From an uncultured Pseudomonadota bacterium (GTDB taxonomy: Bacteria; Myxococcota_A; Polyangia; Fen-1088), in the NCBI GenBank assembly GCA_963737345.1, contig CAVTSM010000003.1:1369616-1433615 (forward strand): a stretch of 64,000 nt of DNA, given 5' to 3'. Below the pieces are notes generated by a model. That model saw only the letters and a list, made by a program, of their open reading frames with translations. It ran no database searches and was not told the DNA's origin. Below are positions 44,027 to 52,613 of the stretch, piece by piece. Every line of letters begins with the position of its first letter. The stretch's first letter is position 1. Both the position numbers and the translations under genes were made by a program.

Positions 44027-45862
44027 TCACTCGCCGATTTCAAGGTCTCGGTCCGCCTCCGCGCGGCCCGGGGCCATCGAAGCGCGCTGCACCGCGGCGG
44101 GGGCCCCCCCGAGGGCGTCCTCGAGCGCCGCCACCGACCGGCCCCGGGCCTCTGCGGCTGCCGCGGGGTCGTACCCGATGCCCTGCAGCAGCTCAGCCGT
44201 GGGGTTTCCGGCGACCATGCGGCGCACACCCCGCCAGGCGATCTCCCGAACCGCTGGGTACGAGTCATTCTTCATCAACTGCAGTAAGAGCCCGAGCCGG
44301 CCGGTTTTCGTCGGATTGTCGAGAGGTTGGGGAGCGCGCCCGATCGCGTCGGCGGCGATCAGCCGGGCCAGCGGTCCCCCGCCGCGGATTGCCTCGGCCG
44401 GGGCCGTACCGGCCGCAACCGCGTCGCCGGGCGGATAGCGGGCGGCGCCCCAAAACCGCCGGCTGGCGGCCTGGGCCCAGGCGACCGTCCGGTCGACGTG
44501 GCACCCAGTGCAGGCGTCCGGCCGCCCGGCGCGTGCCGCCCGGGCGGGATCGGGAACCTCGATCCGGTGGCTGCGGTGGACGTCCAGAACGCCGTAAACG
44601 ATCCGCGGCATGTGGCAGGACACGCAGCGAGCCCCCGCCCCGCCCGGTTCGTGGTGCGCGTGCGCCGCCAGCGCCGGGGCGGCGACCAGCGCCTGGTGAC
44701 ACCCGGTGCACATGGCATCCACCTGAGACGCAAAGCGCGCCCGGATCTGGCCGCGCGGATCCCCCTCGTGCATGCCGTGACAGCTGGTGCAGGTCAATGG
44801 CCCGCGCATCGCGCACGGCGACTGCAACAACCCCTGGTATTCGTAGGCGGTCAGGCGGGCGGTGCCGTCGGTCCAAAACCGCGCGGAAAAAGCGGTTGGG
44901 TCGCCGTGCAAACGGGTGTCGCGCCACAGCGGTTCGCTCTCGAGGGCAAGGTCGTCGCCAGGGACGAACGGGTCGCCGTGGGCCAGGAACGGCGCCACGT
45001 CATTGGCGAGGCGCTGCCCGTGGCAACGGCCGCACAGATCGGCCGACCGTCCGGGCGACAGGCGCGACGGATTGACAATTGTCGGATCAGCCGCCCCCGT
45101 GTCGAACAGTCGTCCGCGTCGGGCCGCGTCCGCGTTGCGGGCCACGTGCTCGGCCGCCGGCCCATGGCAGGCCTCGCAGGCGACGCCCAGCTCGGCGACC
45201 GTGGTCGCAAAGTGGCCGGTCTCCGGATCGCGGGCCGGGTCGGGGGCGACGTTGTGGCAAAAGACGCAGTTGTCGTTCCAGCGCGTGACGTGGCGGTCGA
45301 AGTCACCCCCGCCGAAAATCGGCCCTCCGTCGGTCGTGTGGCCCGCGGCCGCCGGATCCGGATCGCGAAACAGAAAGGCGCTGGTCATCGGGAACCAGCG
45401 CCGGTCGACGACACTCCAGGCGATGGGCAGGCGCCAGTACGTGTCGCCGATCTTCGTCAGGTACTGCTGATAGCGGCGCGAGCCCACGGTGCGGTCGACG
45501 GTGGCGGCGCGATCGGCTTGCCCGGCGCGGCGAAAGGTCATCCGAAATCGGCCGTCTGGCGCGCGGTCCATGCGGGCCGTCACGCCCGCCGAAGTCATCG
45601 TCGCGCCGGCAAAGTCCCCCGTGACGAACGCCGCCGTCGCCTCGGCCGTCATCGTCCGGTGGAACGTTGCCTTCCAGGTCGCCAGGTGGTCCAGGTGGCA
45701 ATCGCGGCAAGCCGCCGAACCCACGTATTTCACGCGGTGCAGATCCCGCGGTGTCGCGAGGTCGACGGTCAGCCGGTGCCGCTGGACGGCGGCCGCCGCG
45801 CCCAGGGCGCTTGCGCCCACGACCAGCGTGCCCAGGGCCAGCTTCCAGCGCCGAACGCGCAC
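44027..45862 (-). CDS. exported octahaem c-type cytochrome with a HEAT-like C-terminal region
   Basis: Signal/anchor MRVRRWKLALGTLVVGASALGAAAA. Eight CxxCH motifs: CRDCH, CVFCH, CEACH, CGRCH, CTSCH, CTGCH, CVSCH, CTGCH. Confidence 0.85.
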   Translation of the reverse strand: MRVRRWKLALGTLVVGASALGAAAAVQRHRLTVDLATPRDLHRVKYVGSAACRDCHLDHLATWKATFHRTMTAEATAAFVTGDFAGATMTSAGVTARMDRAPDGRFRMTFRRAGQADRAATVDRTVGSRRYQQYLTKIGDTYWRLPIAWSVVDRRWFPMTSAFLFRDPDPAAAGHTTDGGPIFGGGDFDRHVTRWNDNCVFCHNVAPDPARDPETGHFATTVAELGVACEACHGPAAEHVARNADAARRGRLFDTGAADPTIVNPSRLSPGRSADLCGRCHGQRLANDVAPFLAHGDPFVPGDDLALESEPLWRDTRLHGDPTAFSARFWTDGTARLTAYEYQGLLQSPCAMRGPLTCTSCHGMHEGDPRGQIRARFASQVDAMCTGCHQALVAAPALAAHAHHEPGGAGARCVSCHMPRIVYGVLDVHRSHRIEVPDPARAARAGRPDACTGCHVDRTVAWAQAASRRFWGAARYPPGDAVAAGTAPAEAIRGGGPLARLIAADAIGRAPQPLDNPTKTGRLGLLLQLMKNDSYPAVREIAWRGVRRMVAGNPTAELLQGIGYDPAAAAEARGRSVAALEDALGGAPAAVQRASMAPGRAEADRDLEIGE

Positions 45863-45900
45863 GCGCGCATCTTACGCGAGCGATGCCGGCGTGCCGGTCC

Positions 45901-48810
45901 TCACATTCTTTTTTGAGCCAGGGCCAACCCCGTTTTCGCGCTGGCGTTCTCGGGGTCGAGCTTCAGCGCGTCGGCGTAGGCTTGGGCGGCTTCTTTGTAC
46001 TGGCCCAGTCGGAAATGGGCGTCGCCCAGCAGCACGTGCGCCTTGACCCCGCCGCCGCGGTCGGCGGCTCGCTCGGCGGACTGGACCGCCAGCGCGTAGT
46101 TCTTCTCTTGGAACGCGATCTCGGCCAGGCCCAGCAGCGCCGCGCGCCGGTCGCGCTTCGACTTGGCAGCCTTTTCGAACAGCGCCTGCGCCTCGGCGAA
46201 GCGCTCCGCGTGCAGCAAGCGCTCGGCGTCCTGCAGGAGGTGGCGGTTGTCGGCCGGGACCGGCGTGGCGGCGGCCGTCGGGCGGGTCTTCGCCTTCGTG
46301 CCCGTGTCGCTGTCGCTGTCGCGATCGGTGTCAGCCTTGGCGGGTTCCGCCTCCTCGGGCTCGGCGGTCGCGGAAGGCGGCGGTGGCGCGGGAGGCGGCG
46401 GCGCCGCGACCGGCAGGGCTGGTGCGGCGGGCACCGCGGTCGCGACCGGGTGGTGCGGGTGACGCCGGTGCAGGGCTGCGCTCGTGACCAGGTAGGCGAC
46501 GAAGAGCACCAGCGCGCCGCCACCGCCCGCCGCCAGCCAGGTGTACCGCCACCGCTGCCGCATCCGCTCGTAAAGTCCGCTGGCCTGCGCCGCCCCGCCC
46601 CGCAACGCGCCCAGCACACCGGCCCGCGGGAACTTGTCGGACTCGACGAACGGCGCCATCCCGAACCCGGGGAACAACGTGTTCGCGAGGTTCGCGAGCT
46701 CGCGCCCCATCTCGTCCATCGACCGCGGCCGGTTCGCTGGGTCGAGGGACAGCGCGCGCACGATCAGCGCCTCCAGCTCGGGCGGCACGTCGTTGCGGAA
46801 CGTTGACAGCGCGGCCGGCAAGGTGTTCGCCTTCTTGTGAAGGATCTCCATGAAATTGGAGCCCTCGTAAGGTGCCTTGCCGCTCAGCATCTCGTAAAGG
46901 AGGCCGCCCACCGCGTAGATGTCCGACCGCGGGTCGGCCGGCTTGCCGGCTGCCTGCTCGGGCGCCATGTACTCGGGCGTTCCCATGGTCATCCCCGGGT
47001 GCGTCAGGCGCCGGCGGATGTCGCCGTTGGTGTCCTTCTCGTTCTCGAAGTCGCCGTCGCTGCCGCTCTTGGCGATGCCGAAGTCCAGCACCTTGACGAA
47101 GTCGGGCTGGCCGTCCCGGTTCAGGATCAGCACGTTTTCGGGCTTGAGGTCGCGGTGGATGACGTTGACCTCGTGGGCCGCCTGCAGCGCGCGGCAAATC
47201 TGGGCGCCCACGTGCAGCGTCCGCGCCACGTCCAGCTTGCCCTGCCGGTAGATGAGCTCACCGAGCTCGATCCCCTCCAGGTATTCCATCACGAAGAAGA
47301 ACGCACCGTCGGGCGTGGTCCCCGAATCGGTGACGTCGACGACGTTGGGGTGCGAGATCTTCGAGGCCGCCCGCGCCTCGCGCCGCAGTCGCTCGACGAG
47401 ATCCGGCGTCTGGCTGTAGGCCGGGTGCAAGATCTTCAGCGCCACCCGCCGACCGATGTCGATGTGCTCGGCCTCGTAAACGCGGCCCATCCCGCCTTCG
47501 CCGCAAAGCCGCCGGACGTAATAGCGCCCGCCGACCACGCTGCCGATGACCGCGTTCGACAGCGACCCGCCGCTCGGGTCCAGCGCCCGCTCGGCGGTGG
47601 TCGGCTGGTGCGGCATCTTGGGCGGAGCCGCTGCGGCGGGACTGCCCAGCGCGGCGCGTGCCTTGTCGAACCGGATCGGAATCGAGAGCACCGTCTCGCG
47701 CATCGGCCGCTCTTCGGTGTCCGCCTCGAACTTGTCGGCTCCCGCCTTTTTGTCGGTCGCGATGGGCGCGGTGTTGGCCGACGACGACTTGGCCGACGGC
47801 CGCGGGAACGTGACGGCGTACCACTCCCGCGCCCGAACGATCAGCTGCTCGCGCTCGGCCTGCTCGGCGGCGATGTCCTCCTCGTAGAGCTCGCCCAAGA
47901 ATCTGGCCACCCGGGTGGCGTCCGTCGCCGGCGAGGTCTGGGCCAGGAACTTGGCCAGGTCGTGGCGCAGCTCCTCGCAGGTCGTGTAACGGTCCCTCAG
48001 ATCGGGCGCCAGCGCCCGCAGCGCGATGCGGTCCAGCTCGGCCGGGACCCGGCTGGCGCGCTTGGACGGCGCCGTGATCTCCGGGTTGCGGACGCGGCGC
48101 AACAGCTCGTCGGAGGTGAGCTGATCTTTGGGCGCTCCCGCCGGCCGCGTCGAAGGGAACAGCTGGCGGCCCGTCAGCAGCTCCCAAAGGATGATCCCAG
48201 AGGCGTAAAGGTCGGTCCGGCCGTCGATGACCTCGCCCCGGGCCTGCTCGGGCGACATGTAGCTGACCTTGCCGTAGATGATGCCCGGCGCGGTCTTTTC
48301 AATCTTCAAGGTGGACGACGCCAAGCCGAAGTCGGTGAGCCTCACCTCGCCGCTGTACGACAGCAGCACGTTGGGCGGCGAGACGTCCCGGTGAACCAGC
48401 TTGATGTCGCCGAAGGTGTGCGCGTAGTAAAGGCCGCGCGCCATCTCGCGCACGATGTGCGCCGCGACGTCGACCGGGAACGCGATTCCTTTCTTGGCGC
48501 AGCGGTTCCAGGTGGCGCGGAGATCGCGCCCGTCGATGTAGTCCATGGCCAGGTAGATCTCGCCGCCGGCCTGGCCAGAGTCGAAGACCGGGACCAGATT
48601 GCCGTGCGACAGCCGGACGACCACCTTGGCCTCGTCCCGGAATCGCTGCAGGTACTCCTTGTCGGCCAGGTGCGGCAGCACCGTCTTGATGACGCAAAGC
48701 TTGGCCGTCTCTTCGGGTCCCGACAGCGCCAGATACAGAGCCCCCATGCCCCCCCGCGCCAGCGGCTTGAGCAGCACGTATGGTCCGAACTTCCGGGGGA
48801 AATCGTTCAT
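45901..48810 (-). CDS. dual-kinase-domain Hanks-type Ser/Thr kinase with TM segment and TPR C-terminus (paralogue of 40724..43936)
   Basis: The start was chosen by homology (MNDFPRKFGPYVLLKPLARGGMG vs MAETFPLKFGKYVLLKPLARGGMG); the track ORF extends to 48936. Domain 1 has HRDVSPPN/DFGLA and domain 2 has HRDLKPEN/DFGIA. TPR repeats at the C-terminus. Confidence 0.9.
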   Translation of the reverse strand: MNDFPRKFGPYVLLKPLARGGMGALYLALSGPEETAKLCVIKTVLPHLADKEYLQRFRDEAKVVVRLSHGNLVPVFDSGQAGGEIYLAMDYIDGRDLRATWNRCAKKGIAFPVDVAAHIVREMARGLYYAHTFGDIKLVHRDVSPPNVLLSYSGEVRLTDFGLASSTLKIEKTAPGIIYGKVSYMSPEQARGEVIDGRTDLYASGIILWELLTGRQLFPSTRPAGAPKDQLTSDELLRRVRNPEITAPSKRASRVPAELDRIALRALAPDLRDRYTTCEELRHDLAKFLAQTSPATDATRVARFLGELYEEDIAAEQAEREQLIVRAREWYAVTFPRPSAKSSSANTAPIATDKKAGADKFEADTEERPMRETVLSIPIRFDKARAALGSPAAAAPPKMPHQPTTAERALDPSGGSLSNAVIGSVVGGRYYVRRLCGEGGMGRVYEAEHIDIGRRVALKILHPAYSQTPDLVERLRREARAASKISHPNVVDVTDSGTTPDGAFFFVMEYLEGIELGELIYRQGKLDVARTLHVGAQICRALQAAHEVNVIHRDLKPENVLILNRDGQPDFVKVLDFGIAKSGSDGDFENEKDTNGDIRRRLTHPGMTMGTPEYMAPEQAAGKPADPRSDIYAVGGLLYEMLSGKAPYEGSNFMEILHKKANTLPAALSTFRNDVPPELEALIVRALSLDPANRPRSMDEMGRELANLANTLFPGFGMAPFVESDKFPRAGVLGALRGGAAQASGLYERMRQRWRYTWLAAGGGGALVLFVAYLVTSAALHRRHPHHPVATAVPAAPALPVAAPPPPAPPPPSATAEPEEAEPAKADTDRDSDSDTGTKAKTRPTAAATPVPADNRHLLQDAERLLHAERFAEAQALFEKAAKSKRDRRAALLGLAEIAFQEKNYALAVQSAERAADRGGGVKAHVLLGDAHFRLGQYKEAAQAYADALKLDPENASAKTGLALAQKRM

Positions 48811-49107
48811 TTCACGCGGGCGTTTACCCGGCGGTCCGGCGGGAGGCGAACTGCCGCGCGCCGCGGCTTTGATCGCGTCTTCTTGGGTGGTGGGAGATCG
48901 GATCAGGGGGCCGCTCCTGGTGAGACTTTCCAGCATCGGACCACGTTCAAGTGCTCGCTAATATTGACAGGGCGGGACAGTACCCGGTCGTCATCGACGC
49001 ATTCCGCCCACTTCTGAAGCGAGAGCCCCGTTACGTTCCCGCCGGCTTTCGTCCGGGCACCTGTAGGTGTTGCCCCGACGTCCCCGCCACGATGGTGCGC
49101 AGCGACG

Positions 49108-49135
49108 AAATCGGTGCAATCGGTGGAAATCGGCG
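49108..49135. promoter_or_regulatory. three tandem 9-10-nt repeats AAATCGGTG CAATCGGTG GAAATCGGCG in a divergent intergenic region
   Basis: Read directly. Lies between the kinase operon start (48810/48936, minus) and the response-regulator start (49258, plus). Confidence 0.3.
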
Positions 49136-49257
49136 GGCGCCTCCCGCCCCTTCGGGCGCGCGCACCTCTGGCCGGGTTCCCTCAAAAGGCGCACAATGCC
49201 CGCACCCTGCGGCTGCCCGAGCGCAGGCTTGCGGCGCCGGGCGCACGGAACGCGATC

Positions 49258-50481
49258 ATGTCTGACTACGTCCTGGCGATCGACGACAGCCCGACCATCC
49301 TGAAAGTGATCGAGACAGCGCTGGCCGAGATTGGCCACCGCACCGTGACCGACCGGGACCATGGACCGGCGCTGGCGCGCCTGCGCGAGGCGGGGGCGCC
49401 GCCCCGACTGATCCTGCTGGATGACGCGATCCCGGGGCGCGACGCGGCTGATCTCTGCCGGCGGCTCTCAGCCGACGCGGCGCTGGCGCGGGTCCCCGTC
49501 GTGCTGATGACGACGCGCGGCCAGACCGGCGATCTCGAGGCGCGCCTCGCCAAGCTGCCCAACGTGGCCGACAGCATCGGCAAACCGTTCTCGCCCGATG
49601 CGCTGCAGGCCGTGGTCGGGCGCCTCGTCGGCTCCGGCGGGCCCGCGCCGGTCAGTCCGGCGTTGCGGGATGCGCTGGCCCAATCGACCGACCCGGAGCT
49701 GGCCGAGGCGCGCGCCTTCGCGTCGCTGGGGTTCGCCCTGGCCGGGGATCTGGATGCCATCGGCATGGGGCAAGTCTTCGAGCTCCTGGCCGAGCAGCGT
49801 CAGACGGGCGTGCTGCGCGTCGTGAACACCGCCACCCAGGCCCGCGTCGAGCTGGCGCTCCAGGACGGGCGCATCGACTTCGCGACCGCGGTGGGCGTCG
49901 CCGAGGACCTGATGCTGGGGCGCTTCGTTGTCGAGACGGGCGAGGCCGGTCCGGACCGTCTGGCGGCCATCCTGCAAGAGCGCGCCCGCGCGCGCCCTCC
50001 GCTGCCGCTCTTTGGCGCCGATCTGGTCGCGCGACGGATCATCTCGCCCGAAGCGCTGGGCCGCGCGTTGCTGCGCCAGACGTCCGAGCTGGCGTACGAG
50101 ACGCTGCGCTGGTCCTCGGGGTTCTTCCACTTTCGGCGCAATGCTGATCCCGGTCCGGCGGCGCGCGAGGCGGCGCTGCAGATCCAGGTCGATCGAATGC
50201 TGCTCGAAGCGTATCGCCGCATCGACGAATGGCGAGTCATCGAGCGCGAGATCGCCACCTTCGACGAGGTGTTCGTACGCAACGAGGTCAAGATCGACGA
50301 GCTGCCGAGGGGGACCCTCACCCGCGAAGAGCTGGCGGTGCTCGACGAGATCGACGGCCGGCGCACGGTGCGCGATGTGGTCCGCCGGCTGCGGATGGGA
50401 TCGTTCGACGTTTCCAGGATCTTCTTCCGCCTGCGCCGCGCGCGCATGATCCGCCCGCGGCTGCCACCGACGGCCAGCTGA
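49258..50481 (+). CDS. response regulator receiver + DUF4388 (PATAN-associated) domains
   Basis: MSDYVLAIDDSPTILKVI...LILLDDAIPGRD...VVLMTTRG...IGKPF. Followed by LAGDLDAIGMGQVFELLAEQRQTGVLRV... (DUF4388-like) and a second similar region. Confidence 0.75.
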   Translation: MSDYVLAIDDSPTILKVIETALAEIGHRTVTDRDHGPALARLREAGAPPRLILLDDAIPGRDAADLCRRLSADAALARVPVVLMTTRGQTGDLEARLAKLPNVADSIGKPFSPDALQAVVGRLVGSGGPAPVSPALRDALAQSTDPELAEARAFASLGFALAGDLDAIGMGQVFELLAEQRQTGVLRVVNTATQARVELALQDGRIDFATAVGVAEDLMLGRFVVETGEAGPDRLAAILQERARARPPLPLFGADLVARRIISPEALGRALLRQTSELAYETLRWSSGFFHFRRNADPGPAAREAALQIQVDRMLLEAYRRIDEWRVIEREIATFDEVFVRNEVKIDELPRGTLTREELAVLDEIDGRRTVRDVVRRLRMGSFDVSRIFFRLRRARMIRPRLPPTAS

Positions 50482-50503
50482 ATCCGGTACACTGGCGGGC
50501 CTG

Positions 50504-51619
50504 ATGCCGAAGGCGCAACTTCAATCGCTGCTGGATCGAGGCGTGCGGGTCGTGGACGCCGGGCAGGTCTTCGTCGACGACGACGTGGACCCCGCCCGGA
50601 TCCACCCGACCGCCGTGCTGTTTCCCGGCACGCGATTGCACGGCAAGCGGACCTGGCTGGGCCCGGGCGCTCAGGTCGGGACCGAAGGGCCAGCGACGCT
50701 GGTCGACGCGGTGTTCGGCGAAGGCGCCTCGATTGCCGGCGGGTATGCCAAGGGTGTGGTGCTGCTGCGGGGCGCGTCCCTGGGGTTCGCCGGTCACGCG
50801 CGCGAAGGGACCATCCTCGAGGAAGAAGCCTCCACCGCGCATGCCGTGGGGCTGAAGCAGACAATCCTGCTCAGCTTCGCGACGCTGGGGAGCCTCATCA
50901 ATTTTTGCGACGTGCTGATGGCCGGCGGGACCTCGCGCAAGGACCATTCGGAGGTGGGCAGCGGGTTCATCCACTTCAATTTCACCCCCTGGGGCAAGGC
51001 CGGCGACAAGGCGACGCCGTCGCTGGTCGGGGACGCCGTCGACGGCGTGCTGCTGCGCCAAAAACGGATCTTTTTAGGCGGAGCCTCGGGCCTGGTCGGT
51101 CCGCGCGCCGTCGGTTACGGCAGCATCACGGGCGCCGGCCAGGTCGTGCGCCGCGACGTCGGCGCGGGCCGCCTGGTGGTTCACACCAGCACCGCCGTCG
51201 ACGAGCCGTTGGACAGCCCGCGCGACGAACGGATCGACAAGGTCGTCAGCAAGAATGTCGCCTACATCGGCAACCTCCACGCGCTCCGCGCCTGGTATGA
51301 AAAGGTCCGCGCCGCCCGAGCCCGCCGGGCGAACGCGGCCGACCTGGTGGTCGTCTACGAGGAGGCCATTTCCAACCTGGACCTCTGTCTGGCCGAACGC
51401 CTGACGCGGCTCGAGAGCTACCTGGCCGAGCGCGGGCGCAAGCTGCCCCGGCTGACACCGGCCGCGATCGCCGCCTTTCCTGTGGCCATTGACGACGGCG
51501 CCGCAGTCGAGCACGTCAAGTGGGTGCAGTCTCTATCCGCCGCTGACGCCGACAAAGCGCGCACCTGGCTGGCGGCGATCGCCAGCGAGATTCAGCGCGC
51601 ACTGGGTCCTCAGGGCTAG
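50504..51619 (+). CDS. left-handed beta-helix (hexapeptide-repeat) protein, GlmU C-terminal-like
   Basis: Imperfect hexapeptide periodicity and ...GSGFIHFNFTPWGKAGDKATPSLVGD...IFLGGASGLVGPRAVGYGSITGAGQVV. A catalytic assignment cannot be made from the sequence alone. Confidence 0.55.
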   Translation: MPKAQLQSLLDRGVRVVDAGQVFVDDDVDPARIHPTAVLFPGTRLHGKRTWLGPGAQVGTEGPATLVDAVFGEGASIAGGYAKGVVLLRGASLGFAGHAREGTILEEEASTAHAVGLKQTILLSFATLGSLINFCDVLMAGGTSRKDHSEVGSGFIHFNFTPWGKAGDKATPSLVGDAVDGVLLRQKRIFLGGASGLVGPRAVGYGSITGAGQVVRRDVGAGRLVVHTSTAVDEPLDSPRDERIDKVVSKNVAYIGNLHALRAWYEKVRAARARRANAADLVVVYEEAISNLDLCLAERLTRLESYLAERGRKLPRLTPAAIAAFPVAIDDGAAVEHVKWVQSLSAADADKARTWLAAIASEIQRALGPQG

Positions 51620-51651
51620 AAATTCATCCCTAAACCCCAGAATGTAAAAAG

Positions 51652-51729
51652 CGCCAGGACGCCGGGACGCCAGGAACCCGGAGGATCAGGAGGGTTCAGA
51701 TCTTGCCCTGGCGTCCCGGCGTCCTGGCG
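51652..51729. terminator. 23-bp perfect inverted repeat (32-nt spacer) between convergent genes
   Basis: CGCCAGGACGCCGGGACGCCAGG (51652-51674) pairs with CCTGGCGTCCCGGCGTCCTGGCG (51707-51729). Confidence 0.45.
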
Positions 51730-51741
51730 TTTCGATCCCGC

Positions 51742-52491
51742 TTAGATCGCGTTGGCGGCGGGACCGTCGGCGGGGGCGTCGGCGCGCTGGAGCTTGTAGC
51801 CCATGCCGCGCACCGACTGCAGGCGGTCGCCGAGCTCTCCCAGCTTGGCGCGCAGGTTGAGGACGTGCGTGTCGACGGTGCGTACGCGGCCCACATGCCG
51901 GTACCCCCACACGCGCGACAGCAGCTCTTGCCGTGTGAAGACGCGTCCGACCCGGTCGGCCAGAAAGCGCAACAGCTGGAACTCATAGGGCGTCAGGCCC
52001 AGCGACTTGCCCCCTTCGTAGGCCTGCCGCATCTCGCAGTCGAGCACCACGTGCCCGTACCGGATCTGCAACGGCGCTCCGGGGCGCTTGTCGCGCGCCT
52101 GCAGCTGGCGCAAGCGGGCGGACAGCTCGTCCGAGCTGATCGGGATCAGGATGAAGTCGTCGGCGCCCATCTCGGGATCGAGGCCCGAGACGCGCGCCAC
52201 ATCCAGGCACAGCAAGATGCGAGTCGCCACCATGTCGGGGCGCTGCCGCAGGCGCTTGATGGCGTGGCGGCCGATCTCGAGGTGCTCGCCCGCTTCGACC
52301 ACCGCCACGTCCGCGCCCAAGGGCCGCACGTCCAGCTCCGCCAGGTCGTAGCCGATGGTCGTCACTTCGTGCCCCAGCGCCCGCAGCAGCGTGGCGGGGG
52401 ATTCCGAGCGCGCCTCGGTACGCCCTGGATCCAGGGTGACCACGATGGCGCGCAAGCCAGAACCGGCGATTCGCATGTCAGAAGACTTCAC
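51742..52491 (-). CDS. OmpR/PhoB-type winged-helix regulator with a degenerate receiver domain
   Basis: C-terminal LTPYEFQLLRFLADRVGRVFTRQELLSRVWGY...VDTHVLNLRAKLG...VRGMGYKL. The receiver has VVEAG at the phospho-Asp position and FILIP instead of the conserved Lys. Confidence 0.75.
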   Translation of the reverse strand: MKSSDMRIAGSGLRAIVVTLDPGRTEARSESPATLLRALGHEVTTIGYDLAELDVRPLGADVAVVEAGEHLEIGRHAIKRLRQRPDMVATRILLCLDVARVSGLDPEMGADDFILIPISSDELSARLRQLQARDKRPGAPLQIRYGHVVLDCEMRQAYEGGKSLGLTPYEFQLLRFLADRVGRVFTRQELLSRVWGYRHVGRVRTVDTHVLNLRAKLGELGDRLQSVRGMGYKLQRADAPADGPAANAI

Positions 52492-52613
52492 CGACGGTCG
52501 GTGAGCAGCCTCAGACTACGCCGCAGTCCGTAAACGGGGGGTTTCGCCGACGCATATCGTATGTAACTTTTGAGGCATCGAATTCGAAACGTCGACGAAA
52601 CGAGACCGTCGCG

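Noticed and set aside
44327-49017. Plus-strand ORFs 44327..45916 (529 aa) and 46837..49017 (726 aa)
   Set aside because: They are antisense to the octahaem cytochrome and the second kinase, and show no recognisable motifs.
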